Shown here in pieces: positions 51,231-60,580 of a stretch of 64,000 nucleotides of DNA. Each line of letters opens with the position of its first letter. Within the stretch, counting starts at the first letter, position 1. The stretch covers positions 1,696,001-1,760,000 of the forward strand of contig OZ253564.1 in assembly GCA_965262915.1 (NCBI GenBank), in the 5' to 3' direction. Origin of the DNA: Candidatus Spongiisociaceae bacterium (GTDB taxonomy: Bacteria; Actinomycetota; Acidimicrobiia; Spongiisociales; Spongiisociaceae). The notes under the pieces were generated by a model that ran no database searches, was not told the DNA's origin, and saw only the letters and a program-made list of their open reading frames with translations. Both the position numbers and the translations under genes were made by a program.

Positions 51231-51838
51231 CCCAGCCTCTTGCCAATAGCCGCCCTGGTCACGGACCTCCGCCGCGGGGAGTGTCCAAACAGGAGTGGCG
51301 CCGGTGGGCCAGGGCGATGCGACGGCCGGGCGTGTCCGCTGCCGACTCCCAAGCTGTGACGGCCGGGATCATCGCCTGGCTCGCCGGTGCCGATACGCCC
51401 GGCGGCGTTGTGGTTCTCTACCTGCCGCTTCCGGACGAGGCCGACGTGACTCCTGTAATGGACTGCGCGGATCGGGCGTTCGCGGTCACACGGACACCAT
51501 CAAAAGGAAGCCTGACCCTGCATCCGGCCGACGTGCCCCGGGAGAGACACCGTTACGGGTTCGAACAGCCGGTGGCCGAATCCCCGAGCGTCGATCCCCG
51601 CGACGTGGTGGTGGTCCTCGTGCCCGGGCTGGTCTTCGACCTACGGGGAGGTCGTCTCGGCAGGGGAGGGGGCTACTACGATCGCTTCCTTCCAACCTTG
51701 CCCCCTGATGCAGCCCGGGTCGGCGTGGTCCCGGAACGACTGGTGGTGAAGGCCGTCCCGACCGATCCGCACGATATTCCGATGACGCACCTGGCAACCG
51801 AGCACGGTGTGCGAGCGATGGCAACGGAGCCGTTGTGA
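51227..51838 (+). CDS. 5-formyltetrahydrofolate cyclo-ligase
   Basis: LVPGLVFD..GGRLGRGGGYYDRFL, VPTDPHDIPM. Confidence 0.9.
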   Translation: MTQPLANSRPGHGPPPRGVSKQEWRRWARAMRRPGVSAADSQAVTAGIIAWLAGADTPGGVVVLYLPLPDEADVTPVMDCADRAFAVTRTPSKGSLTLHPADVPRERHRYGFEQPVAESPSVDPRDVVVVLVPGLVFDLRGGRLGRGGGYYDRFLPTLPPDAARVGVVPERLVVKAVPTDPHDIPMTHLATEHGVRAMATEPL

Positions 51839-51938
51839 CATCTGAGATCGCCACGATGATCGGAGTCGGCTAGGTATATTTGCCTAGATTATGCCAAACA
51901 ACTAGACAGCCAATTGCTAGATGTGATAGGCAAACCAG

Positions 51939-52151
51939 GTGAAAAGGGCTGTCCTGCTGTCCGTTCTGAAGTCGATCGCACGTGACCACGACGTGGCACT
52001 GACGCTCGTGCGGCAAGGAAAGCACGAGGTGTGGGAGTGCGGTGGGTACCGGTTCCCGATCCCACGCCATCGGGAGATCAACGAACACACCGCACGCGGC
52101 ATCATCAACGACCTCCGCAGACGCCTGCACGACCTACAGGAGAGATCATGA
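51939..52151 (+). CDS. hicA: HicA-family toxin
   Basis: RQGKHEVW...PIPRHREINEHTARGI. Confidence 0.85.
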   Translation: MKRAVLLSVLKSIARDHDVALTLVRQGKHEVWECGGYRFPIPRHREINEHTARGIINDLRRRLHDLQERS

Positions 52152-52543
52152 GCTACCGGGCCGTTACCGCCCAATGCCCTCCGTGGTGGGCTATCGAGAT
52201 CACTGAAGGACTCCCCGACCACATGTTCGCTCACACGCAGGCCCGTCGTCTGGACGCGGTTGAGCGGACTGCCAGGGAGGCCATCGCTGACCTCCTCGAT
52301 GTTGATCCGGATGAGGTCGAGGTGGAGGTGACGATTGAGGTACCTGAATCGCTTGCGGGTACGCTTGCGGAGTTGGAAGCAGCAGAGGCTACGGCCCGCG
52401 AGGCCGCCCGCGCTGCCCGCGAACTCCGAGCCCGCGCGGTCCGCACGGTTCGAGACCAGGGCTTCACCGTCCGGGAGTCCGCCCTGCTGCTCGGGGTTTC
52501 CCACCAGCGGATCAGCCAACTCGCCTCGCAGCACCGGGCCTGA
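52148..52543 (+). CDS. hicB: HicB-family antitoxin with C-terminal HTH
   Basis: WWAIE...TQARRLD...AREAIA; GFTVRESALLLGVSHQRISQL; overlaps the hicA stop. Confidence 0.85.
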   Translation: MSYRAVTAQCPPWWAIEITEGLPDHMFAHTQARRLDAVERTAREAIADLLDVDPDEVEVEVTIEVPESLAGTLAELEAAEATAREAARAARELRARAVRTVRDQGFTVRESALLLGVSHQRISQLASQHRA

Positions 52544-52770
52544 GGGCCGAACAGCAGCGCCGGGTTCGGCGGACCGGCCGCCCGAGCGCAATGGGTCTTC
52601 AGCCAACGGGCATGGTCCGGGGTCGGCGTCGGCCCGCAGGTGTTTGTCGTTGCCGGCAGCGGCCGGTCACAGCGTCCGTGGTCACGCTCGGTAAGAGCCA
52701 TCCGGTCGCTAGGGCGATGTAAGGTGCCCGGCGCCGCCGGGAGGTGGCGGTCACCGTCTACGATTGACCC

Positions 52771-53430
52771 ATGTCCGAATCCGGTTACTCCGTCCGCTTC
52801 CGTGAATACGCCGAGGCGATCTGGGAACTCGAGGAGGCGGGGATCCGGGTTCTCCAGGCCCGCATCGCCCGCTGGCTGGGGGTGAGCCCGGCCAGTGTGT
52901 CGGAGATGATCCGGCGAATGCAGGCCGAGGGCCTCGTCATTATCGGAGAGCAAGTGAGCCTCACCGACGAGGGACGCCACTTGGCAGCGGTCGTGGTCCG
53001 CCGACATCGCCTCGCCGAGCGGTTCATGTCGGAGGTGCTCAAGCTGCCGTGGGCCAAGGTTCACGAGGAAGCCGAAGTCTGGGAGACCATGATCTCCGAC
53101 GATGTCGAGAAGGCCATGTGGGCGGTGATGGACGATCCCAAGACCTGCCCGCACGGCAACCCCATCCCCGGAGCCGGCTACCGGCCCCCCATTATGAAGC
53201 CCCTCGCCGACATGGAATCGGGCGAGACGATGCGTCTCGAACGGATATCGGAGGAGTTGGAGCTCGATTCCGAGATGATGCGGTTCCTCGACGAGAACCA
53301 GATCCGGCCCGACTCCCGGATCCGGATGGTGCAGAAAGATCCGTATGGCGCCATCACTGTGGAGGTGTCCGACCGACAGGTTGGCATAGGAGTCTTCGCC
53401 TCCGAGCGCCTTTTCGTCTCGGTCGAGTAG
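52771..53430 (+). CDS. DtxR/IdeR/MntR-family metal-dependent repressor with FeoA domain
   Basis: GVSPASVSEM HTH, RRHRLAERF, VHEEAEVWE, CPHGNPIPG, C-terminal SH3-like domain. Confidence 0.92.
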   Translation: MSESGYSVRFREYAEAIWELEEAGIRVLQARIARWLGVSPASVSEMIRRMQAEGLVIIGEQVSLTDEGRHLAAVVVRRHRLAERFMSEVLKLPWAKVHEEAEVWETMISDDVEKAMWAVMDDPKTCPHGNPIPGAGYRPPIMKPLADMESGETMRLERISEELELDSEMMRFLDENQIRPDSRIRMVQKDPYGAITVEVSDRQVGIGVFASERLFVSVE

Positions 53431-53570
53431 CGACGCGTGGACGGATACGCCTTTCCAGGTTTCCGGCCGGCTACCGACCCGGTTTGCTGCTTCACTGCTG
53501 CAGTCCCGGTCGGGTATCCGATGCCGTTGCGTCCCGCCCGGTCGCCCGGCACGACCTTGCCGGAGCCGGC

Positions 53571-54116
53571 GTGACACTAGAACCAGACCCACCGTTCGGA
53601 CCGATCGATCCCAACCTGCAGCGCCGTATGGAAGCCAGGATGCGCCGGGAGTTCGAGGCCGCCGAATCGGAGGCGGCCCTTCTGGCTGCCCGACGCAGGC
53701 GGTTGGCGGACATAGCCTGGGAAGCCACCCAGGCGGGTAAGCGGATGCAGATCAGGGTGGGGAGCCGCAAGGTGGCGGGCATGCCTACCTACGCCCGCAA
53801 CGATCTGATGAGCCTCCGGACGCCCAACGGCATCCTGGAGGTGTACCTACCGAACATCGATGCCCTGCTGGTGATGCCCGGCTTTTCGCAGGGGCGGTCC
53901 GTGGCCAAGGACGTCGAGACGTTCGCAGCCCGGATGGCCATGCTCCAGCTAACCCGCGAGCATGTGGAGATCGTGTGCCGCGGTGGGGACCCCCGCTTCG
54001 ACGGGACCGTCGACTACGTTGCTCGTGACCATGTCGCCGTGACGAGCGCCGCTGCAACCGTTTTCATCACTCTCGGAGCGATCGCCTACGTGGTCCGGCG
54101 GCCCGAACTCCGCTGA
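53571..54116 (+). CDS. Hypothetical protein with duplicated Sm-like beta domains
   Basis: Coding-like composition; two similar G..YxArd segments (GMPTYARND, GTVDYVARD). Confidence 0.55.
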   Translation: MTLEPDPPFGPIDPNLQRRMEARMRREFEAAESEAALLAARRRRLADIAWEATQAGKRMQIRVGSRKVAGMPTYARNDLMSLRTPNGILEVYLPNIDALLVMPGFSQGRSVAKDVETFAARMAMLQLTREHVEIVCRGGDPRFDGTVDYVARDHVAVTSAAATVFITLGAIAYVVRRPELR

Positions 54117-54169
54117 CCTCTCCGATTCGGGGTCGGTAGATCCCGTCAGCGTAATACCTTTCGCTATCC

Positions 54170-54399
54170 AGAGCTGTTTTTGATGGTTATGCTGGGTTTA
54201 TACCCGAACCAACTGCTTAGGTCGAGTTGCCTCGCTCCTCCAACGCGAATCCCCGCAGCGACTTAAGGAATTTTTTCTCAATGTTAATATTAATCAACAC
54301 TGACTAAACTACTTAAGATATAGTGAAGTAACAACCACTTCCGAACAGGTTTCGCCGTGTGTAGATTGCGGAGGCGAAATCGTTTTCATAGGAGAGGAG
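54170..54399 (+). promoter_or_regulatory. AT-rich promoter region of tad operon 2
   Basis: Strongly AT-rich; palindrome TTAATATTAA, ACTTAAG at 54261 and 54311; RBS GGAGAGGAG. Confidence 0.5.
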
Positions 54400-55113
54400 A
54401 TGGACACGACCGAGGCGCCGGGTCACCCTACGCCGATGCCGGAGGGGCGGGGAGTGCCGAAGCGGAAGCTGGCAAGCCGTCTCTCCTTCGGCCACATCGT
54501 GATGATCTCCGCCGGACTGGTGGCCTTCCTGCTGAATGTGATGATCATTCGCGGCAACGGCGAGACGGTGGAGGTCCTGGTGGCGGCCCACCCGATCAGT
54601 GCCGGCAGCAGGCTGGCGGCCCAGGATGTGGTTCCGGCCGACGTCGATGCGAACGGACCTTTCGTGGATCGGGTCCTATCACCCCAGACCGTCACCCCTC
54701 TCCTCGGCCATGTTGTTGTTCGCGACATAGGTCAGGGAGATCCTCTCTTCGCCGATGACATGCGATCCGCCGCCGCTCCCGGAGGTGGTCGGGCGATGAG
54801 CATCCCGATCGCTGCGGATCATGCGGTCGGAGCCACCCTCCAGGTGGGTGATCGTGTCGATGTGATCTCGGTGGACGACGGCGAGAGCCGATTCGTCGCG
54901 ACCGGGATCGAGGTGCTGGATGTGGCCGCCGGTGGCACCCGGCCGGGGGGCGACCGGTTCGGCGTCACCGTGGCGGTGAGTGAAGCGGAGGCACTGGCCA
55001 TCGCCGCGGCCCTCGATCGGGGAAGCACTCACTTGCTCAGATCCACCGGCGCCGACACACCGGAACCCGATGCTCCCCGTCCCCAAGCCGCTACGACGGG
55101 GCCGTCACCGTGA
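54400..55113 (+). CDS. cpaB: CpaB/RcpC SAF-domain pilus protein
   Basis: VLVAAHPISAG SAF domain, RAMSIPI...LQVGDRVDVI, IEVLDV. Confidence 0.85.
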   Translation: MDTTEAPGHPTPMPEGRGVPKRKLASRLSFGHIVMISAGLVAFLLNVMIIRGNGETVEVLVAAHPISAGSRLAAQDVVPADVDANGPFVDRVLSPQTVTPLLGHVVVRDIGQGDPLFADDMRSAAAPGGGRAMSIPIAADHAVGATLQVGDRVDVISVDDGESRFVATGIEVLDVAAGGTRPGGDRFGVTVAVSEAEALAIAAALDRGSTHLLRSTGADTPEPDAPRPQAATTGPSP

Positions 55114-56276
55114 TCGGGCCCGAACCCGTCATCGTCATCGCCGGTTCGCAACGGGCCTGGGCGTCCGAACTGCTGCGTTTCCTCAGCGACTTCGGGGGAG
55201 CGCGCCTCAAGGGGACGGTGCTCACAGCCCGCGAGGCCCTCGAGCCCGGTTACGAGGTGTTGATCATCGATGACATCACCAGCTATCTCAGCCCCAGGCT
55301 GGTGGAGCGGGTCAGGGGCAGCGGCCAGAAGGTGGTCGGCGTGTACGACCCCGATTCCGGTGAGCGTGGTCGGGAACGTCTGAGGGTTCTGGGGGTGGAC
55401 GCGGTGGTACCGGCCGACGCCGGGCCGGAGGCCATCCTCGAGACGGTCTCGTCGATCGGTCCGGGGCGTCCGGCTGCCCGGGTCCGGGAACAGGCCGCAG
55501 AGCCTCCCGCGCCGGCCTCGGTCGCCCGGATCACGACGGTGGCCGGAGGAGATCTCGCCGGTGACTTCGCGATCGCTCTGGGCGGGGCGTTCAGGGCGAA
55601 GCGTCGAACCGCGCTGGTCGTGGACGCCGACACCGTCACACCGATGCTGGCCCAGCGGCTCTCGATGCCCGTCGTACCGAACCTGTTGACCGCGCTCGAC
55701 GCCCATGTGCAGCTCAGGGGCAACGTGGAGGATTCCATGCTGGCCGGACCGTACGGGGTCACCCTTCTCACGGGCATACCCGAGGCCTCGGAATGGGAGA
55801 CGGTCCGGGCGGATGAGGTCGTGGACCTTCTCGAGACGACCGCAGCGTGGTTCGACGAGCTGATCGTGAAGGTCTCCTCCCACATCGAGGACCTGTCGCG
55901 TCTCGGTTCCCGGGACGGTCGTTTCGAGGTGAGCCGGTCGATGGTCTCGCTGGCCGGCGATGTGGTCTACGTGGCGGAACCCACTCCTGTCGGGTTGTCC
56001 AGGGCGCTGCGCTGGGTATCCCAGGCCCGCCGTCTCACCGCTGCCCGGCTCCATGTCGTGTTCGGCGGCGCACCGGTCAGCTCCTTCCAGAGGGGGGAGC
56101 TGAGCGACGAGCTGACCAGGAGCTACATGCCGGCCTCCATAACGTGGCTTCCCACCGATCAGGGTCAGGAGCGGTCGGTGTGGAACGGGACCGCGATTCC
56201 CAAGGGACCCTTCCGCAAGACGGTCGAGAGACTCGGGATCACCATGCTCAACGGATACGCCGAGACGGTCTCATGA
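55110..56276 (+). CDS. CpaE/TadZ-like receiver plus degenerate MinD-type protein
   Basis: N-terminal pseudo-receiver, ALVVDADT, FDELIV; Walker A not recognisable. Confidence 0.7.
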   Translation: MIGPEPVIVIAGSQRAWASELLRFLSDFGGARLKGTVLTAREALEPGYEVLIIDDITSYLSPRLVERVRGSGQKVVGVYDPDSGERGRERLRVLGVDAVVPADAGPEAILETVSSIGPGRPAARVREQAAEPPAPASVARITTVAGGDLAGDFAIALGGAFRAKRRTALVVDADTVTPMLAQRLSMPVVPNLLTALDAHVQLRGNVEDSMLAGPYGVTLLTGIPEASEWETVRADEVVDLLETTAAWFDELIVKVSSHIEDLSRLGSRDGRFEVSRSMVSLAGDVVYVAEPTPVGLSRALRWVSQARRLTAARLHVVFGGAPVSSFQRGELSDELTRSYMPASITWLPTDQGQERSVWNGTAIPKGPFRKTVERLGITMLNGYAETVS

Positions 56277-57559
56277 GCATGGGTGCCTATGACACCCTGC
56301 GCCGACGGGCCGCGGAACGGATCGGCGAACTGGAACTGGATCCTCGCAGGGATGGTGGGAGCATCCGGGCCGAGGTGGACCGGTTGGTCTCCGCCTACCA
56401 GCGGCGCGCCCATGCGGGCGACGGCGTCCGACCCTTCCGCGACCCCGCCCAGCTCTCGGACCGCCTGATCGATTCCCTGGTCCGCTACGGACCGCTGACG
56501 CCGATCATCGAACGCCGCGACATCGAGGAGGTCTTCATAGAGGGCGAACGTATCACGTATATCGATTCGTCCGGGCGCCTCCAGGCTCTCGACGCCCCCA
56601 CCTCCGAGGAGGAGAACCGCCAGATCGTGGGACGTATCCTGGCCGGGACGAACCGGCGTCTGGATACGTCCAACCCCATCGAACAGGCTCGCGTGCTGGA
56701 TGGCCGGGCACGGCTCACGGCAGTGATTCCCCCGGTCGCCGATCGTCTCTCGGTCACCCTCAGGAAGTACACGGTGAAGAACCATGACCTCGCCTTCCTG
56801 GTCGAAGGGGACGTCCTCCCCCCGCCGGCTGCAGCCTTCCTGTGGGCTGCCGCGCAGGCCACCACCACGCTTCTCTTCAGCGGTCCTCCCGGGGCGGGCA
56901 AGACCACTCTCCTGAGCGCCTTTCTCCGAGCCGTCCCCGCCGACCGCTGCGTCCGGGTGTGCGAAGAGGTGCGGGAACTCGACATCCCGCTGTTGCACGG
57001 CAGCTTCTACGAGGCCAGCCCCCCGACTCTCGACGGAAGGCGCCGCCACACCCTGCGCGATCTGGTGAAGGTGGTCCTGGCGCAGCGGCCCGACCTGATC
57101 TGCGTGGGCGAGGTAAGGGGAGGGGAGGCCTTCGAACTCACCAGAGCCGTCAATGCCGGGTGTGGTTTTGCATGCACCATTCATGCCGACTCGGCCGCCG
57201 CTGCTCTGGTCGCCCTGGTCAACGCGGCGCTGATGGCGGGAGAGAACGTCACCGAGGTGATAGTCAGCCGGGTGTTCCGGTCCGCCATCGACTTCGTGGT
57301 CCATCTCCGGCGTGACATGCGCAGCGGCCTCGGGGAGGGGATCAGGCGCCAGGTGGTGGAGATACTGGCGCTCAGACCCGCCGCTACCGGTCGGGAGTTC
57401 GCCACCGAGACCCTCTTCCACCGTGAGCGTCTCGGCGAACCCCTCCGGTGGACGGGCGTCGTGCCCCCGCACGAGGTCGCCCGCAGGATCGAGTGGTCGC
57501 TTCCGGATGGGTTGGCTCTGGAGGCGATCCTGTCCGGAGAACGGCAGCCTTTCCCATGA
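56273..57559 (+). CDS. tadA: CpaF/TadA ATPase
   Basis: YGPLTP, GPPGAGKTT, QRPDLICVGEVRGGEA, CTIHA. Confidence 0.93.
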   Translation: MSMGAYDTLRRRAAERIGELELDPRRDGGSIRAEVDRLVSAYQRRAHAGDGVRPFRDPAQLSDRLIDSLVRYGPLTPIIERRDIEEVFIEGERITYIDSSGRLQALDAPTSEEENRQIVGRILAGTNRRLDTSNPIEQARVLDGRARLTAVIPPVADRLSVTLRKYTVKNHDLAFLVEGDVLPPPAAAFLWAAAQATTTLLFSGPPGAGKTTLLSAFLRAVPADRCVRVCEEVRELDIPLLHGSFYEASPPTLDGRRRHTLRDLVKVVLAQRPDLICVGEVRGGEAFELTRAVNAGCGFACTIHADSAAAALVALVNAALMAGENVTEVIVSRVFRSAIDFVVHLRRDMRSGLGEGIRRQVVEILALRPAATGREFATETLFHRERLGEPLRWTGVVPPHEVARRIEWSLPDGLALEAILSGERQPFP

Positions 57560-58455
57560 TCCTGCTCGCTTCCCTGATGACCGCGGTCGCCGCCTATCTC
57601 GCTGCGGGCCTCCTGGTGGGGTACGCGCCACGGGCAGGGTTCCGCAGGGCTTCCAAACCCGACCTCTCCCAGCGCCAACTGTGGCTCATCCAAGCAGGGA
57701 GCGATCTGACCACCTGGCAGTTCATGGCCGGATCGGGGGCGATCGGATTGGTGGTCCTAGCGCTTGCGACGCTGATGACCGGGGCTTGGTGGCTGGCCCT
57801 CATGCCGGCCGCAGGAGCTGCTCTGCTCCCGCAGGTGTACTACACGCGCCGGCGTGCCGATCGCATCCGCCAGCTCCGGCGAGCCTGGCCGGACGCCCTG
57901 CGAGACGCGCTGGCGGCCATCACCGCCGGATCGACGCTCGTCTTGGCGCTGTACGACCTGGCCGAGCGCGGGCCGGCCCCGCTCCGGCCGGCTTTCGGTC
58001 GCTTCCGGCTGGTCTCCCGCATGATGGGTGTGGTTCCTGCCCTTGAGCTGGTGAAGGAAGAACTGGCAGATCCCACCTCGGACCGGGTGATCGAGGTGCT
58101 GGTGCTCGCCTACCAGCACGGGGGCGGCCTGGTCACCGAGGTGCTGCGCGATCTCGTCGGTGAGATCACCGAGGACCTGCGGTTGGAGGCCGACATCCGT
58201 TCCGACGGAACGGAACAGCGTATCGAGAGCCGGATAGTCCTGATCATTCCCTGGTTGCTCCTGCTGTTCCTGACCGCCACCTCCGATCAATACCGTGCCT
58301 ACTACCACTCGGCCAACGGGTTGCTGGTGGTGACGGCCGCGGTGGTCTGGTCGTTGTTCGGGGTGCTGTTGATGAAACGCATCAGCCGCCGGGTGGGGGA
58401 GCGCCGGGTTCTGGTGCGATCCTCGCCCGAGCCGGAGCAAGGGGATGGCTGGTGA
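57556..58455 (+). CDS. tadB: TadB
   Basis: AWPDAL...TAGSTL, LADPTSDRV...HGG; operon order. Confidence 0.85.
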   Translation: MILLASLMTAVAAYLAAGLLVGYAPRAGFRRASKPDLSQRQLWLIQAGSDLTTWQFMAGSGAIGLVVLALATLMTGAWWLALMPAAGAALLPQVYYTRRRADRIRQLRRAWPDALRDALAAITAGSTLVLALYDLAERGPAPLRPAFGRFRLVSRMMGVVPALELVKEELADPTSDRVIEVLVLAYQHGGGLVTEVLRDLVGEITEDLRLEADIRSDGTEQRIESRIVLIIPWLLLLFLTATSDQYRAYYHSANGLLVVTAAVVWSLFGVLLMKRISRRVGERRVLVRSSPEPEQGDGW

Positions 58456-59408
58456 GTACCGGTCTGGTGAAAGGGGCCGTGACGGCTTCGGTCACGTTTG
58501 CGGTTGCAGCCGCGGCGATGGTGGTCCGCCCGCCGCGCCGTCTCGGACCCAGAATACGTCCCTACACGGCTACTACCCGGGTGGGCCTCGGCACGAGTCC
58601 GGATGTTCTCGGCCGCGCCAATCCGGGTCCCGTTTTCGGGGAAGGCACCATCCGCCGCCTGCTATCTCCGATGTTCTCCGGCCCCCTCGACCGTTTGGCG
58701 CGCCTACTCGTCCTCGTCGACGAGAGCGAGCTGGCACTGCTGCTGCGCCAGTCGGGCCTCTACCCGAACATCGAACCAGCATGGCGTCCCCAGGCGTACC
58801 GGACGGGCGCTCTCGGCAGGGTCGTTGCGTTCGCAGCCGGCCTGATCGGGTTCGCCCTGTTCGTAGGGAGTTCCGCAGGGCGGGTCCTGCTCTTCGGGGG
58901 GGTGGGAGCGGCGGTCGGCGCGTTCCTGGCCCGTTCCAGGCTCTCGGAGGCGGTCCGGCGGCGCCGGGACTCGATCCGGGCGGAGCTCTACACGATCAAC
59001 CAGCTGGTGGCGATGTACACCAGGGTGGGAGGGGGCGTCCTCGAAGCGATCCGCTACGTGGTGACACGAGCCCGGGGAGCGGCGGTGGACGAGCTGGCCG
59101 AGGTGCTGTTGCTGCACGAACGAGGGTGGTCCTTCGGTGAGGCCATAGAGCGGGCCGAGAGGCTGACGCCGGAGCCCGAGGCCGCCCGCACGTATCGCCT
59201 CATGGCCACTTGCCAAGAGCAGGGTACGGATCTGGCGGAGGCACTGCTCGGGTTGTCCAAAGACCTCAGAGCGGTGCGCCGGGACGATCTGCGCCGCCGG
59301 GCGGCCAAGCGGCGGATCCTCATGGTGATACCGGTGGTGGTGATCCTCGCACCCATCACGATGCTGTTTATGGCCGCGCCTATCCCGTCGATCGTCTTCG
59401 GCGGTTGA
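58452..59408 (+). CDS. tadC: TadC
   Basis: T2SSF domain (EQGTDLAEALL), C-terminal MVIPVVVILAP..LFMAAP. Confidence 0.85.
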   Translation: MSTGLVKGAVTASVTFAVAAAAMVVRPPRRLGPRIRPYTATTRVGLGTSPDVLGRANPGPVFGEGTIRRLLSPMFSGPLDRLARLLVLVDESELALLLRQSGLYPNIEPAWRPQAYRTGALGRVVAFAAGLIGFALFVGSSAGRVLLFGGVGAAVGAFLARSRLSEAVRRRRDSIRAELYTINQLVAMYTRVGGGVLEAIRYVVTRARGAAVDELAEVLLLHERGWSFGEAIERAERLTPEPEAARTYRLMATCQEQGTDLAEALLGLSKDLRAVRRDDLRRRAAKRRILMVIPVVVILAPITMLFMAAPIPSIVFGG

Positions 59409-59485
59409 GCGGGCAGTGGAGAGGTGGATGCCCGCCGAGCGGCGCCCGCAGGGAGGGATCGAACACTTACCAGAAAGGAGCAAGC

Positions 59486-59692
59486 GTGATACAGACGCTG
59501 GGCGTGAGAACGATGATGCTCGTACGGAGGCTGGCGGTACGGCTGCATGACGAGAGAGGAGCGGCAGAGACCTCCACGATCCTGGCCTGGATCGTGGTGG
59601 GAGTGCTGGTCGTGTTCGCCCTGCGGACCGGACTACAGGAGGCAGGCGAGCAGGTGATCGTTTGGATCAAGGAGCAGTTGGACGCAACGTGA
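59486..59692 (+). CDS. Flp-type pilin
   Basis: RBS AAAGGAG; leader ending LHDERG, then hydrophobic helix; follows tadC. Confidence 0.75.
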   Translation: MIQTLGVRTMMLVRRLAVRLHDERGAAETSTILAWIVVGVLVVFALRTGLQEAGEQVIVWIKEQLDAT

Positions 59693-59762
59693 GTCCTCAG
59701 CGGGACTACGCCACGGCAGCCGCGTACGCGATGAGACGGGCGAGCGATCCGGCAGGACCGGA

Positions 59763-59987
59763 TTGAGGGATTTCTCCCGGTATCCGCCGGTCCTCGACCT
59801 ACCCGGGGTGGCCGATCTGCTCGGTCTCTCGATCGAAGAGACCCGCCGGCTGAGCGGCGAGGGCTGGATCGATTCTGTGTGCGTGGAAGGTCGGGTGCTG
59901 TTCCACCGGGATCGGGTCATCGACTGGCTCCGGTCCCGGCGGGTCGTGCCCCCCGACCTCGAAGGCGGTCCCACGCTTGACGCCTGA
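59763..59987 (+). CDS. Excisionase-like HTH_17 DNA-binding protein
   Basis: VLDLPGVADLLGLS.EETRRL...F.RDRVIDWL. Confidence 0.7.
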   Translation: MRDFSRYPPVLDLPGVADLLGLSIEETRRLSGEGWIDSVCVEGRVLFHRDRVIDWLRSRRVVPPDLEGGPTLDA

Positions 59988-60029
59988 GGGCAAATGCGCC
60001 GGTGCTGGCTGTGTCAGGGCTACTATGAT

Positions 60030-60043
60030 AGAACATATGTTCG
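60030..60043. promoter_or_regulatory. LexA SOS box of ruvCAB
   Basis: AGAAC-ATAT-GTTCG directly after a TATGAT -10-like hexamer, upstream of ruvC. Confidence 0.85.
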
Positions 60044-60067
60044 TAGCCGGTGGATGTTGAGTTTGCC

Positions 60068-60580
60068 ATGCTGGTCATCGGTATAGACCCGGGTTTGACG
60101 ACCACCGGGTTCGGGGCGGTCCGGAAGACCGGCAGCACCGTCGAGGTCGTGGTGGCCGGGGTGATCCGTACCGACAAGGACCTGCCCGCCGCGAGACGGC
60201 TCGCCGGCCTCTACACGGACATAACCGAGCTCATCGGGGACGTGCGGCCCGAGGTGATGGCCGTGGAGCGGGTCTTCGTCAACCGGAACCGGATGACCGC
60301 AACGAGGGTGAGCCAGGCTTCGGGCGTGGTGATGCTGGCGGGGGCGCTGGCCGGCATAGAGGTGTTCGAGTACTCGCCGTCGGCGATCAAGGCCATCGTC
60401 ACCGGCGACGGGTCGGCGTCCAAGGTCCAGGTCCAGCAGATGGTGGCCCGCCGCCTGGGTCTGGCCGCGGTTCCGTCCCCGGCCGACACCGCCGACGCGC
60501 TGGCGATAGCTCTGTGTCACATGCAGAGCATGGGTAATCTGGTGGGACGCCTGACCGCGGCGCATGGAGGTGGGAGATGA
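60068..60580 (+). CDS. ruvC: Holliday junction resolvase RuvC
   Basis: IGIDPGL, AVERVF, DTADALAIALCH. Confidence 0.96.
   Translation: MLVIGIDPGLTTTGFGAVRKTGSTVEVVVAGVIRTDKDLPAARRLAGLYTDITELIGDVRPEVMAVERVFVNRNRMTATRVSQASGVVMLAGALAGIEVFEYSPSAIKAIVTGDGSASKVQVQQMVARRLGLAAVPSPADTADALAIALCHMQSMGNLVGRLTAAHGGGR

Noticed and set aside
54205-54240. DtxR/IdeR box linking the regulator to tad operon 2 (TTAGGTC...)
   Set aside because: Only one partial half-site; no 19-bp palindrome
59763-59987. Prophage or ICE implied by the excisionase-like gene
   Set aside because: No integrase, att site or phage genes nearby; flanked by tad and ruv core genes
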